Of a stretch of 64,000 nt of DNA, positions 37,730 through 47,827 are shown piece after piece. The stretch comes from an uncultured Actinomycetota bacterium (GTDB taxonomy: Bacteria; Actinomycetota; Acidimicrobiia; Spongiisociales; UBA5794): positions 148,530 to 212,529 of the forward strand of contig CAWIHT010000014.1 of NCBI GenBank assembly GCA_963836085.1, given 5' to 3'. A program made the position numbers and the translations under genes. The notes below the pieces were generated by a model that was not told the DNA's origin, searched no databases, and worked only from the letters and a program-made list of their open reading frames with translations. Positions within the stretch are counted from its first letter, which is position 1. Each line of letters starts with the position of its first letter.

Positions 37730-39061
37730 TTGATTCGGTCGACACCCAGTCCCCAGCAGCACCTACACTCGCCGAACGTGTCACATCGTGCCCTCTTTGC
37801 ATGGTTCTGGCTCGCGGCGATTTTGATCGTCGCGCTGTCTCCTGTCGCGTCCATTGCCGCAGGCGAATCGATCGGCGGCAAGCTCATCCAGACCGCAGGC
37901 GAGGAGAAGACTCCCGTCGAGGGCGTGACGATCATCGTCGTACTCGATGGCGTCGAGGTCGGAGCCGGGGATTCGGATGCCGAGGGCGCCTGGGAGATCC
38001 CCGTGCCGGGAGCAGGCACCTATCAGGTCCGCCTCGATACCTCGACGCTCCCGGACGGTGTGGGCCTGACCGATCCGACCAAGGACGAACTGGACGAGGT
38101 CAACGTCCGTGAGGGGCAAGCCAAGAAGGTGATCTTCCCCCTGGGCGTAGGCAACGTCTCCTCGACATCCGCCTACGAACGGGTCGGCGCCTTGCTCATC
38201 TCCGGCCTCAAGCTCGGTGCGATCATCGCCCTGTGCGCGGTTGGTCTCTCACTCGTCTACGGCGTCACCGGCCTGGTCAACTTCGCCCACGCCGAAATGG
38301 TGACCCTCGGCGCCGTCGCGGCCTACTTCTTCCACGCCTCGCCAGCGGGACCTGAGTGGCCACTCGCAATCGCCGCCGTTCCCGCCATCCTCGTTGGGGC
38401 CGGATTCGGCTGGGCTCAAGAGCAAGGCCTCTGGAAACCCCTCAGGATTCGGAACACAGGCTTGATCGCAATGATGGTCGTCTCGATCGGCCTCTCGTTC
38501 GCGGTTCGTCACATCATTCTCATCATCTTCGGCGGGGAACCGCGGGCGTACCCCGACTTCGCCGGTCAGCCGCCAATCGAGATCCTCGGCATCTCGGTCG
38601 TGCCGAAGAACCTCATCACGATCGGGGTCGCCCTCCTGGTGCTTGCCGGGGTTGGCCTCTTCCTTCAGCGCAGTCGCGCCGGGACGGCCATGCGAGCGGT
38701 CTCCGACGACGCGGATCTCGCCGAGTCTTCGGGCATCGACGTGAACCGGGTCATCCTGATTACGTGGATGCTGGCTGGTGGGCTTGCGGCGCTCGGCGGC
38801 ATCTTCTTCGGACTCAACGAAGCCGTGCAATGGGACATGGGCTTCAGCCTCCTGCTGTTGATCTTTGCTGCCGTCGTCCTCGGCGGACTCGGCACCGCGT
38901 ACGGCGCGATGGTGGGCGGCTTCGTGGTTGGCGTCGCGGTCGAGATGAGCACGATCTTCGTCCCGAACGAACTGAAGACCGCGGTTGGTCTCGCTGTGCT
39001 GATACTGATGCTTCTGATTCGACCGCAGGGACTCTTCGGCACGAAGGAGAGGATCGGCTGA
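37730..39061 (+). CDS. Branched-chain amino acid ABC transporter permease (LivH-like) with N-terminal signal peptide and an extracytoplasmic prealbumin/CarboxypepD_reg-like domain
   Basis: C-terminal 300 aa are a LivH-type permease. N-terminal ~140 aa carry a signal peptide (probable GTG start near 37778) and a beta-sandwich-like segment GVTIIVVLDGVEVGAGDSDAEGAWEIPVPGAGTYQVRLD. Confidence 0.8.
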   Translation: MIRSTPSPQQHLHSPNVSHRALFAWFWLAAILIVALSPVASIAAGESIGGKLIQTAGEEKTPVEGVTIIVVLDGVEVGAGDSDAEGAWEIPVPGAGTYQVRLDTSTLPDGVGLTDPTKDELDEVNVREGQAKKVIFPLGVGNVSSTSAYERVGALLISGLKLGAIIALCAVGLSLVYGVTGLVNFAHAEMVTLGAVAAYFFHASPAGPEWPLAIAAVPAILVGAGFGWAQEQGLWKPLRIRNTGLIAMMVVSIGLSFAVRHIILIIFGGEPRAYPDFAGQPPIEILGISVVPKNLITIGVALLVLAGVGLFLQRSRAGTAMRAVSDDADLAESSGIDVNRVILITWMLAGGLAALGGIFFGLNEAVQWDMGFSLLLLIFAAVVLGGLGTAYGAMVGGFVVGVAVEMSTIFVPNELKTAVGLAVLILMLLIRPQGLFGTKERIG

Positions 39062-40053
39062 TGGACTGGGGCAGCGTCTTCATCGACGGCATCCTTGCCA
39101 CAATCGGCCCCGTCACCGCGGCCTATGCGATTTCGGCAATCGGGCTCAACCTCCAGTTTGGCTACGCCGGACTGCTCAACTTCGGCCACGTGGCGTTCAT
39201 GCTCGTCGGCGCGTACGGCATGGCGATCACGGTCGACTTCGGCGGCCCGCTCTGGTTGGGGGTCATCGTCGGCATCATCGTGGCGGCCTTCCTCGGGTTC
39301 CTCCTCGGCCTCCCGACGCTCCGGTTGCGCGCCGACTACCTGGCCATCACGACCATCGCGGCCGCTGAGGTCATCCGCCTCGTCGCCCGATCGAGTTGGG
39401 CCGAGCCGCTCACCAACGGCGTGTTCGGCATTCAGGGATTTGCAGACTCCTTCTTCGCCATCAATCCCTTCCCACCGGCAGAGCTGTACGGCATCGGAAG
39501 CCTCGTCGTCACGGGCCGAAAGCTGTGGGTCATGATCGTCGGCTGGACGATCGCAGCCCTGCTCACGCTGCTGATTCGGCGCCTGATCAACAGCCCGTGG
39601 GGTCGCGTACTCAAGGCCATCCGGGAGGATGAGGACGCCACGACCTCTCTCGGCAAGAACGTCTTCGCGTACAAGCTCCAAGCGTTGATGATCGGTGGAG
39701 CGATCGGCGGAATCGCCGGAATGCTTCTGGCGATCGAGCAACAGAACGTAACACCCGACGCGTACCTGCCGCAGGTGACGTTCATTCTCTATGTCATCGT
39801 CATCCTCGGTGGCGCCGGAACGATCCTGGGGCCGATCGTGGGAGCCGTCGTGTTCCAGTTCCTCTTCTTCACCATCGACGCCCTCATGGTCAACACCCAG
39901 GCCAACATCGACTGGGTCGGCGATCTCCTCACGCCCGCTGCTGCCGGTCAGGTGAAGCTGGTCCTTGTAGGCATCGGAATGATGGTGTTGATGGTCTTCC
40001 GCCCGCAGGGCATCTTGGGTTCCCGGGAGGAGGCGCTGATCGATGAACGCTGA
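39061..40053 (+). CDS. Branched-chain amino acid ABC transporter permease (LivM-like)
   Basis: ATG overlaps the upstream TGA. Start MDWGSVFIDG inside track ORF 38356. Confidence 0.8.
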   Translation: MDWGSVFIDGILATIGPVTAAYAISAIGLNLQFGYAGLLNFGHVAFMLVGAYGMAITVDFGGPLWLGVIVGIIVAAFLGFLLGLPTLRLRADYLAITTIAAAEVIRLVARSSWAEPLTNGVFGIQGFADSFFAINPFPPAELYGIGSLVVTGRKLWVMIVGWTIAALLTLLIRRLINSPWGRVLKAIREDEDATTSLGKNVFAYKLQALMIGGAIGGIAGMLLAIEQQNVTPDAYLPQVTFILYVIVILGGAGTILGPIVGAVVFQFLFFTIDALMVNTQANIDWVGDLLTPAAAGQVKLVLVGIGMMVLMVFRPQGILGSREEALIDER

Positions 40054-40870
40054 TCACCCCATGTACGGCATCGCCGCGGAGCCGGGCGTCCACAAGCCGG
40101 ACCCCGTGCTTGTCGCCAACGATCTCCAGCGGTCGTTCGGCGGACTAGCGGCCGTCGACGTCAAGCATCTCGAGATCCAGCGCCATACCGTCACTTCGCT
40201 CATCGGACCCAATGGTGCCGGCAAGACCACCCTCTTCAACCTGCTGACCGGATTCGACACACCGGACACCGGCGACTGGCACCTCAACGGTGGGGCACTC
40301 GTCGGCATTGCAGCATTCCAGGTGGCGCGTCGCGGCATGGTGCGCACATTCCAGCTCACCCGTTCGCTGGCTCGACTCACCGTCATGGAGAACATGCTGG
40401 TGGCGGCCAAGAACAACAAGGGTGAGGGCCTCTTGGGAGCACTGACCGGGGGTTGGCGCGCCACAGAGGATGCGAACGAAGTCCGAGCGAATGAACTCCT
40501 CGAGCGATTCGGACTGGATCACATGACCGACGAGTTCGCCGGCGGGCTGTCCGGCGGCCAGCGCAAGCTCCTCGAGATGGCTCGTGCGCTCATGATGGAA
40601 CCCGAGGTCGTGATGCTCGACGAGCCCATGGCCGGCGTGAACCCCGCGCTCACCCAATCACTCCTCCAGCACATCACCGGCCTGCGTGATGCGGGCAAGA
40701 CGGTGATCTTCGTCGAGCACGACATGGACGTAGTCCAGGAGATCTCGGACTGGGTCGTGGTAGTGGCCGAAGGGCGCGTGATCGCAGAAGGTCCACCCGA
40801 GGTCATCGCCAAGAACCGCGCCGTCATTGACGCCTATCTCGGCGAGCACCACGGGGAGGCCGCATCGTGA
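40043..40870 (+). CDS. Branched-chain amino acid ABC transporter ATP-binding protein (LivG-like)
   Basis: Walker A GPNGAGKTT, signature LSGGQRKLLE. Confidence 0.85.
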   Translation: MNADHPMYGIAAEPGVHKPDPVLVANDLQRSFGGLAAVDVKHLEIQRHTVTSLIGPNGAGKTTLFNLLTGFDTPDTGDWHLNGGALVGIAAFQVARRGMVRTFQLTRSLARLTVMENMLVAAKNNKGEGLLGALTGGWRATEDANEVRANELLERFGLDHMTDEFAGGLSGGQRKLLEMARALMMEPEVVMLDEPMAGVNPALTQSLLQHITGLRDAGKTVIFVEHDMDVVQEISDWVVVVAEGRVIAEGPPEVIAKNRAVIDAYLGEHHGEAAS

Positions 40871-41595
40871 GCAAGCATCTCCTCGTCGCCGACCAGGTTG
40901 TGGCTGGCTATCTCCCCGGCGTCGACATCCTGCGGGGTGTCGACCTGACGCTCAACGACGGCGAACTCGTCGGAATCATCGGACCGAACGGTGCCGGGAA
41001 GTCGACGCTCATCAAGGCCATCTTCGGTCTCGTCACCGTCAGAGACGGCTTCGTGACATTGCGGGGCCGGGATATCTCGAATCTGGCGGCCCATACGCTC
41101 GTCGGCCTCGGTGTTGGCTATGTTCCGCAACGGGCCAACGTGTTCCCATCGCTGACCGTCGAGGACAACCTGCGGATGGGCCTGTACCTCGACCCGAAGG
41201 CCTGGGACGAGCGGTTCGCGGCGGTCGTCGACATCTTCCCGCTGCTCACCGATCGCTCCGATCAGCGGGCAGGCTACCTGTCGGGTGGCGAGCGGCAAAT
41301 GGTGGCGATCGGTCGGGCCCTGATGATGAATCCGAGCGTGCTGCTGCTCGACGAGCCGTCCGCCGGCCTCTCCCCGGCGAATCAGGATCTCGTGTTCGAA
41401 CGCGTCCGCCTGATCGCCGACTCCGGGGTGTCGATCATCATGGTCGAGCAGAACGCCAGGCGGTGCCTTCAGATCGCCGACCGAGCCTATGTCCTGGACC
41501 AAGGGACGAACGCACACACGGGTCCCGGCAAGGAACTCCTCCACGACTCACGAGTGATCGACCTGTACCTGGGAACTCTGGGCAAGGTCGACTAG
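40867..41595 (+). CDS. Branched-chain amino acid ABC transporter ATP-binding protein (LivF-like)
   Basis: Walker A GPNGAGKST, signature LSGGERQMVA. Confidence 0.85.
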   Translation: MSKHLLVADQVVAGYLPGVDILRGVDLTLNDGELVGIIGPNGAGKSTLIKAIFGLVTVRDGFVTLRGRDISNLAAHTLVGLGVGYVPQRANVFPSLTVEDNLRMGLYLDPKAWDERFAAVVDIFPLLTDRSDQRAGYLSGGERQMVAIGRALMMNPSVLLLDEPSAGLSPANQDLVFERVRLIADSGVSIIMVEQNARRCLQIADRAYVLDQGTNAHTGPGKELLHDSRVIDLYLGTLGKVD

Positions 41596-41676
41596 CAGCA
41601 CGCAACAGCGGACAAAGCAGTGGGGCCCGGCGCATGCCGGGCCCCACGTTTGTTGTTCAACGGTTGTTCGAACAGA

Positions 41677-43020
41677 TCAGCCGCCGGCGACGATCTGCAG
41701 AAGCGTCGAGGTTCCGCCCTCGGCGTCATAGAGGAACACATCGTACGTGCCGATGCCGGGCTCGTTGCTCGGACCGAAGTCGAGCGGTCCCGATGCGCCG
41801 TCGTAGTCGATGTCGGCACCGGTCATCAGCAGGTTGAAGCAGTCCTCGAAGAGCGAGCACTTCTCACCACCCTTGGTGACGTTCCCGATCTCGTTGATGA
41901 ACACGGCCGGATCGGCACTCTGTGCCGCCTGGGCGGCGAGCACGGTCACCATGAGGCAGTCGTACTTCTGTGCAGAGAAGATCGTTGCCGTTCCGGGGAA
42001 CGCAGCTTCGAGCCGCGTCGGGAACGTCGCCTCGCCGTTCTCCGGGGAGGCCGAAGGGGCCGTGCCCTTGATGCCTTCGAGCAGCGCGGTGTTGCCGCCG
42101 AGCTGATCGGGGCCGACCGTGTCCTTGAAGCCGTCGGCAACGTAGACCTGACCGGTGAAGCCGGCACTCTCGAGATCGAGCAGGAGCTGTCCGCCCTCTT
42201 CGAACGTGATCATGGCAAGCGCCTCAGCACCGCTCGCAACGACGGCTTGCGCCTCTGTTGCGAACGAACCGGCTGCGGCGTCGTAGGCCTGTGCGAGTAC
42301 GACAACACCATCGAGTTCGGCAGCAAGCAGCTCGCCGAAGCCGACGCCGTAGTCGTCGTTGCGCCACAGAACCGCGACCGAGGCCGGTGCATCGCCTGCG
42401 ATAACGTCGGCAAGTGCCGGCGCCTGCAGGTTGTCCGAAGGTGCCGTGCGGCTGTAGTACGGGTCATAGTCTGATGAGCTGAGCGACGCCGCGGTGTTCG
42501 AACCCGAGCACATCGCGACTTCGCTGCCCTGAACTTTGTCGACGATTGAGAGCGAGACGCCGGAAGCGGCAGCGCCGATGATCCCTGCGAAGTCACCCGT
42601 CAGATACTTGTCCACGGTCGTCGAGGCGATGTTCGGGTCGGTACCCGAGTCCCCGTACTCCACGACCACCAGGCCGTCGGAGACCGCGTTGATCTCGTCA
42701 ACGCCCATCTTGATGGGGTTCTCGAGTGCCTCGATGATCGGTGCGAGCTGTCCCGTCTGGGGCAGCACGGTGCCAATCTTGACCGGGATCGGCTCGAACG
42801 CCATCGGCGCTTCAGTGGACGTTGTGGTCGTCTCTTCTTCGACCGTCGTGGTCGTCTCTTCTTCGACCGTCGTGGTCGTGGAATCATCAACGGCTGTCGT
42901 CGTCGTCTCTGCTGCAGTGTCGTCGTCTCCGCCGGCATTCACGGCGATAACAACGACAATGATGACAGCGACGGCAGCAACCAAGATCCACGGGAGCCAC
43001 TTCTTCATATTGTCACTCAT
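41677..43020 (-). CDS. Branched-chain amino acid ABC transporter substrate-binding protein (LivJ/K-like) with Thr/Glu-rich linker
   Basis: Start MSDNMKKWLPWILVAAVAVII gives a signal anchor. Linker TTTTVEEETTTTVEEETTTT. Peripla_BP_6-like body. Confidence 0.8.
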   Translation of the reverse strand: MSDNMKKWLPWILVAAVAVIIVVVIAVNAGGDDDTAAETTTTAVDDSTTTTVEEETTTTVEEETTTTSTEAPMAFEPIPVKIGTVLPQTGQLAPIIEALENPIKMGVDEINAVSDGLVVVEYGDSGTDPNIASTTVDKYLTGDFAGIIGAAASGVSLSIVDKVQGSEVAMCSGSNTAASLSSSDYDPYYSRTAPSDNLQAPALADVIAGDAPASVAVLWRNDDYGVGFGELLAAELDGVVVLAQAYDAAAGSFATEAQAVVASGAEALAMITFEEGGQLLLDLESAGFTGQVYVADGFKDTVGPDQLGGNTALLEGIKGTAPSASPENGEATFPTRLEAAFPGTATIFSAQKYDCLMVTVLAAQAAQSADPAVFINEIGNVTKGGEKCSLFEDCFNLLMTGADIDYDGASGPLDFGPSNEPGIGTYDVFLYDAEGGTSTLLQIVAGG

Positions 43021-43120
43021 GGGTTTGCCTCCAAATGAGAGCCCTGGATAACCAGGAACCCCGGGCAAGTGCCGGGGTCGAGGCAAGATAGGCCGGAAAG
43101 ATACGCAAGCGCAAGGGCAT

Positions 43121-43189
43121 CGCCCGTCGCCCGTCGCCAGTAGCCGGTCCAAAGCCGTAGCTGAGTCGTCGAGGAGTCGAGGAGTCGAG
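43121..43189. repeat. Short tandem repeats in the divergent livJ/hflX promoter region
   Basis: CGCCCGT x2 (43121-43138) and GTCGAGGA x2.75 (43168-43189). Confidence 0.4.
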
Positions 43190-43241
43190 TAATCATTCGG
43201 GACCCGCTCGTTGCCCCCACATGCACGCCATACTTCGCCCT

Positions 43242-44564
43242 ATGACTGATGATTCTCGATCTCATGTGGCGCGGAGTCGACGGCGCCTCACGGCGTCGGT
43301 CACCGACCTCGATGTCGTTCGGCAGCGAGCGCTGCTGGTTGGCATGGTACGCGACGGAAGCAAGGTCGCCGAAGGAGATCACAGTCTCGAAGAACTCGAA
43401 CTCCTCACCGATACGGCAGGGTCCGATCCCGTCGAGGTCGTCCTCGTTCGCAGGGACCGCCCGGATCCGGCGACCTTCATCGGCAAGGGAAAGCTCTCGG
43501 AACTCGTCGCCGAATCGCACATGCTCGACATCGATGTCGTCGTATTCGACAACGAGCTCTCCCCCGCCCAGCAGCGCAACCTCCAGCAGGCATTCCAATG
43601 CGATGTCGTCGACCGCGTTGCCCTGATTCTCGACATCTTCGCCCAACACGCCCACACCCATGAAGGCCGTCTGCAAGTGGAACTGGCACAGCACCGATAC
43701 CGACTCCCCCGCCTCCGCGGCAAGGGCGTTGAATTGTCCAGGCTCGGCGCCGGCATCGGGACGCGTGGCCCGGGTGAGACCAAACTCGAGACCGATCGTC
43801 GCCGCATCCTCGAACGGGTTTCCAAGATCGAACGCGAACTGAAGGAAGCCGCTCGGTCCAGAGACACGCGGGCCAAGTCCCGGAAACGCTCCGGCTTGCC
43901 GATTGCCGCGATCGTCGGATACACCAACGCCGGCAAATCAACGCTGTTCAACCGACTCACCGAAGCGGACGTCCTCGTGGAGGATCGTCTGTTCGCCACG
44001 CTAGGTTCGACGGTCAGACGACTCGATCTCCCGGACGGGCATCGAGCCCTGATGTCCGACACGGTTGGCTTCGTTCGCCGCCTTCCCCACGAACTTGTCG
44101 AGGCGTTCCGCTCGACCTTGGACGAAGCCGCGGACGCCGACCTTCACGTCCATGTCGTCGACGCCTCAGATCCGGATCCCGACGGCCAGATTGCCGCCGT
44201 CCGGGAGGTACTGGATGAGATCGACGCAGCCGGCGTGCCGGAGATCCTCGTGTTCAACAAGACTGATAGTGCGGAACCGGCCGTCGTCCGTCGTCTGCTC
44301 ACGGTCTACGAAGGCTCCGTCGCCACATCCGCACTCACCGGCGAGGGCACCAGCGAAGTGACAGCCGCCATCGTCAAGGGCCTCGACGCCGTCACCGCGA
44401 AGGTGGATCTTCTGATCCCGTATGAGCGCGGCGATGTCGTTGCCGCAATCCACGAGGCCGGAGAAGTACTCGACGAACAGCATGGCGAGGAGGGCACGGA
44501 GATCACCGTTCGCCTCCCCGCGGCAACAGCAGAACGCCTCAGCGATTACGTCCGCGGCCAGTAG
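43242..44564 (+). CDS. hflX: GTPase HflX
   Basis: HflX N-domain, then G1 GYTNAGKST, G3 and G4 motifs. An alternative start lies at 43221. Confidence 0.85.
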   Translation: MTDDSRSHVARSRRRLTASVTDLDVVRQRALLVGMVRDGSKVAEGDHSLEELELLTDTAGSDPVEVVLVRRDRPDPATFIGKGKLSELVAESHMLDIDVVVFDNELSPAQQRNLQQAFQCDVVDRVALILDIFAQHAHTHEGRLQVELAQHRYRLPRLRGKGVELSRLGAGIGTRGPGETKLETDRRRILERVSKIERELKEAARSRDTRAKSRKRSGLPIAAIVGYTNAGKSTLFNRLTEADVLVEDRLFATLGSTVRRLDLPDGHRALMSDTVGFVRRLPHELVEAFRSTLDEAADADLHVHVVDASDPDPDGQIAAVREVLDEIDAAGVPEILVFNKTDSAEPAVVRRLLTVYEGSVATSALTGEGTSEVTAAIVKGLDAVTAKVDLLIPYERGDVVAAIHEAGEVLDEQHGEEGTEITVRLPAATAERLSDYVRGQ

Positions 44565-44567
44565 GGC

Positions 44568-45971
44568 CTAGAGGATGTTCGCTGCGTATTCGGCCAGGGG
44601 ACTGCGGACGGTGCGGTCCAGGGTGATGTGTCCGAACAGTTCGTTCCCCTTGAACTTCTCGATCATGGCTGCCAGACCCCCGAACGGTGAGATGTAGGGG
44701 TTGTCGACCTGTGTGAGGTCGCCGCAGAACACCACTTTCGAGCCGGCGCCCATCCGAGTCAGGATCACCTTCAGCGTTGGCAGTTCGAGATTCTGAGCCT
44801 CGTCAACGATGACGAGTTCCCCAGTGATCGAACGCCCCCGGAGATACGTGACCGCCGCCATCTCCAGCACATCGCGCTCGAAGAGTTCATCGACCGCATC
44901 CCTCGGCGTCCCCTCGGCATTGGCGAACAGGGCGTACAGGTTGTCGTGGACGGCGGCCATCCAAGGTTCCAGCTTGTCGGTCAAATCGCCGGGAAGGAAC
45001 CCGACCTCCTGGCGACCGACGGCGACCAGCGGCCGGTATACCGAGACCCTCCGATAGCGCCCGAGCTCGAGCACCTGTTCCAAGGCGGCGGCGAGCGCGA
45101 GGAACGTCTTGCCCGTCCCGGCCATACCCATCACGGAGACGGCCGCCACATCCGGGTCCATCAGGAGGTCCAGGGCGAAGGCTTGCCGCATGTTCTTGGT
45201 CTCGATGCCGAAGACGTGCTTGCTGCCGGGCACTCTCGTGACGACGGTGCGCTCACCGTCATCGACCACCCGCCCGAGTCCAGACTGTGAGCCCGGCCCG
45301 TGGAGCACAACGAACTGGTTGACGACCAAGCTGGAGTCCTCGACGGTGACCTTCCCGCTGCGGAAGAGTTCATCGACCGTCTCTCCCGGCACCTCGAGAT
45401 CCGCTACGCCGTTGTAGGACTCCTCGACGGGGACCGTGTCACCCCGGTAGTCCTCGACGGTGACTCCCAACTGGGCACCCTTGATCCGTAGCGCTGCGTC
45501 CTTCGTCACCAGCACCGTGCGAGTACCACCGTCGACGAGGTTCAGACACGTTGCCAGAATTCGATGATCCGACGTGTTCGGGTCGAGAACCTCCGGGAGG
45601 CGATCCGACGTCACACCGTTCAATTCGAGACGGAGCGATCCGCCGTTCGGGAGCATCGTTGGGCTGGCAAGACCGCCCGGTTCGGATGCACCGAACTCTT
45701 CGAGGAGTCGGATCGCGGAGCGGGCGTTGGCTCCGACTTCATCCATCCGCGTCTTCTGACGGTCGAGTTCTTCAACCACCACGAGCGGGAGCACCACTTG
45801 ATGTTCGTCGAATCGGAGCGGGGCGTGTGGGTCGGCCAGCAGAACACAGGTATCAAGGACGTAGTTCGTGGTCGTCAAAGGCCCTCGCTCTCGCGTCGTA
45901 TGTGTCGGCGTCAGCGTCGCCGGGTTGTGATCGGAATTCAAGGACCCCAGCCCAGACGTCCTCCATGTCAT
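44568..45971 (-). CDS. PhoH-like ATPase with N-terminal PIN domain (PhoH2/YlaK-like)
   Basis: PIN YVLDTCVLL...VVEELD, PhoH Walker A MGMAGTGKTFLA. The start may be downstream of the track start. Confidence 0.8.
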   Translation of the reverse strand: MTWRTSGLGSLNSDHNPATLTPTHTTRERGPLTTTNYVLDTCVLLADPHAPLRFDEHQVVLPLVVVEELDRQKTRMDEVGANARSAIRLLEEFGASEPGGLASPTMLPNGGSLRLELNGVTSDRLPEVLDPNTSDHRILATCLNLVDGGTRTVLVTKDAALRIKGAQLGVTVEDYRGDTVPVEESYNGVADLEVPGETVDELFRSGKVTVEDSSLVVNQFVVLHGPGSQSGLGRVVDDGERTVVTRVPGSKHVFGIETKNMRQAFALDLLMDPDVAAVSVMGMAGTGKTFLALAAALEQVLELGRYRRVSVYRPLVAVGRQEVGFLPGDLTDKLEPWMAAVHDNLYALFANAEGTPRDAVDELFERDVLEMAAVTYLRGRSITGELVIVDEAQNLELPTLKVILTRMGAGSKVVFCGDLTQVDNPYISPFGGLAAMIEKFKGNELFGHITLDRTVRSPLAEYAANIL

Positions 45972-45996
45972 ACTCTGGGACGGGAGAGGAGGATGT

Positions 45997-46986
45997 ATGA
46001 AGGTTGCGGTGATAGGCGCCGGGTCCTGGGGAACAACCGTTGCAGCGATGCTCGCTCCAAGGACCGAGACCGTGCTGTGGTGCCGACGCCCGGAACTCGC
46101 AGATCAGGTTCGGAACGGCATGAACCCGGACTACCTCCCGGGGTTCGAACTCCCTCCGGATCTGGGGGCGACGTCGGCCATCGAGTTGGCGGTGGTTGAC
46201 GCTGACGTCGTCGTCATGGGGGTTCCTTCCCACGGTTACCGCGCCGTCCTCGAACAGGCGGCACCGTTTCTCGCCTCCGAAACACCGATCCTGTCGCTCA
46301 CCAAGGGCATCGAACAGCCCACGCTGATGCGCATGACCGAGGTCACATCCAGCGTCCTCCCGGAACACGATCGCTCGCACATCGGCGCCCTCACCGGACC
46401 CAATCTCGCGAGGGAGATCATGGCCGGCCAGCCGGCGGCAACCGTGATCGCCATGGAGGACGAGGAGACGGCGACCGAACTCCAAGCGCTCTTCATGGGG
46501 CCGCGGTTCCGGGTCTACACGAACACCGACGTCGCAGGGGCCGAGAGCGCAGGGGCGCTCAAGAACGTGATGGCGCTGGCCGCCGGCATGGCGGAGGGCC
46601 TCGGGTTCGGTCTGAACACCGTCTCGATGCTGATGACGCGGGCGCTTGTCGAGATGTCCCGCCTCGGGGTCGCGATGGGTGGCCGTACGGCGACGTTCGC
46701 CGGTCTCGCTGGGATGGGTGATCTCATCGCCACCTGTATGTCGACCGAGAGCCGCAATCACCGCGTGGGATTGGGCCTCGGCCTCGGCAAGACCATCGAC
46801 GAGATCGTTTCAGAGATGAACATGGTTGCCGAGGGCGTCAAATCCACCGAAGGCATCCTCGCCCTCGCAGGCCGGTACGGGATCGAAATGCCGATCGCCG
46901 AGCAGGTAGGCCGAGTCCTCTACGACAACGCATCCGTTCCAGAGGCGATCGCAACGCTCATGGGACGGTCGGCAAAGCCGGAGTGA
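45997..46986 (+). CDS. gpsA: NAD(P)H-dependent glycerol-3-phosphate dehydrogenase
   Basis: MKVAVIGAGSWGTT Rossmann motif plus GpsA body. RBS GGAGAGGAGG. Confidence 0.85.
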   Translation: MKVAVIGAGSWGTTVAAMLAPRTETVLWCRRPELADQVRNGMNPDYLPGFELPPDLGATSAIELAVVDADVVVMGVPSHGYRAVLEQAAPFLASETPILSLTKGIEQPTLMRMTEVTSSVLPEHDRSHIGALTGPNLAREIMAGQPAATVIAMEDEETATELQALFMGPRFRVYTNTDVAGAESAGALKNVMALAAGMAEGLGFGLNTVSMLMTRALVEMSRLGVAMGGRTATFAGLAGMGDLIATCMSTESRNHRVGLGLGLGKTIDEIVSEMNMVAEGVKSTEGILALAGRYGIEMPIAEQVGRVLYDNASVPEAIATLMGRSAKPE

Positions 46987-47042
46987 GGAAGCGGTAGCCC
47001 GTACTCCATCGTCGACATGGTGACCGAACGTTCTCGACGCTC

Positions 47043-47663
47043 TCAAGGTTGGAGCAGCAGATACGTCTCCCATTCCATCTCTAGTCCCTCACCGCGGAAG
47101 ATTGATTCACCGATGCCCACGTACATGTCAGAAGTATCGGGTTCCTCTCCCGTGAGAGGATCTACCGACGCGGGTAGTTCGGGGTCATCACCCTCGGGGT
47201 AGGTATCTGAGAACGACTGGAGGCCGAAGGAGGACTCGTATGTCCCGCCTTCATCGACACTACCCGCGTTGCTGGCCATCCACACGTACGTCAAGTCGCC
47301 GCTGTCGGGATCAGAGAGCATTGCGACCGTTCCATTGAAATCGCAGGCATCTGCAGGATCGCACTCGAATCCCTCGGAGAAGCTCAGAGTGAAGGTCATC
47401 CCGGTCTGCGAGATCAACACGGTCCCTCTCTCAGTCTGCCCTCCAACAATCTTCGTCCCGTCCCAGATCCCGCTCAAGTCAGGTACCTCTTCAGGTTGGG
47501 TCGTGGTTGGCGGTTCGGTCGTGGTCGTAGGTTCCGTTGATGTCGTAGATTCCTCGACAACGGTTGTGCCCGTCGGTTCATCAACCGTCGGCGGCTCCGC
47601 CGACTCCGTACTGCTGCACGTAGAAAGCACCAATACAGCCACCATCACCATCGCCCACTTCAT
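47043..47663 (-). CDS. Hypothetical lipoprotein with Thr-rich linker
   Basis: MKWAMVMVAVLVLSTCSS is a signal peptide plus lipobox. T/P-rich linker, then a ~130-aa acidic domain. Confidence 0.5.
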   Translation of the reverse strand: MKWAMVMVAVLVLSTCSSTESAEPPTVDEPTGTTVVEESTTSTEPTTTTEPPTTTQPEEVPDLSGIWDGTKIVGGQTERGTVLISQTGMTFTLSFSEGFECDPADACDFNGTVAMLSDPDSGDLTYVWMASNAGSVDEGGTYESSFGLQSFSDTYPEGDDPELPASVDPLTGEEPDTSDMYVGIGESIFRGEGLEMEWETYLLLQP

Positions 47664-47762
47664 CGGCGACCTTCCCCCTCATCTCGCGGGATTGACACCT
47701 CAACGCTATCTCTGCAATCAGGGCGCGGGATCATGCCAAAGTGCCCTTCTGTGGCAGGTTGT

Positions 47763-47783
47763 CCGCAGTCCGCAGTCCGCAGT
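47763..47783. repeat. Heptamer tandem repeat CCGCAGT x3 about 100 nt upstream of the lipoprotein gene
   Basis: gtCCGCAGTCCGCAGTCCGCAGTtctcagtccg. Confidence 0.45.
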
Positions 47784-47827
47784 TCTCAGTCCGTCGGGGT
47801 CTTCACTCAGGGCTCATAGCTCAAAGC

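Noticed and set aside
38356-39060. N-terminal 235 codons of track ORF 38356-40053
   Set aside because: This Arg-rich stretch overlaps livH out of frame. The LivM-like protein starts at the ATG at 39061, which overlaps the livH stop.
44568-45971. PIN-PhoH (PhoH2) as a toxin-antitoxin or defence element
   Set aside because: It is a widespread conserved single-gene fusion in Actinobacteria with a housekeeping context (hflX, gpsA). No partner antitoxin or island features.
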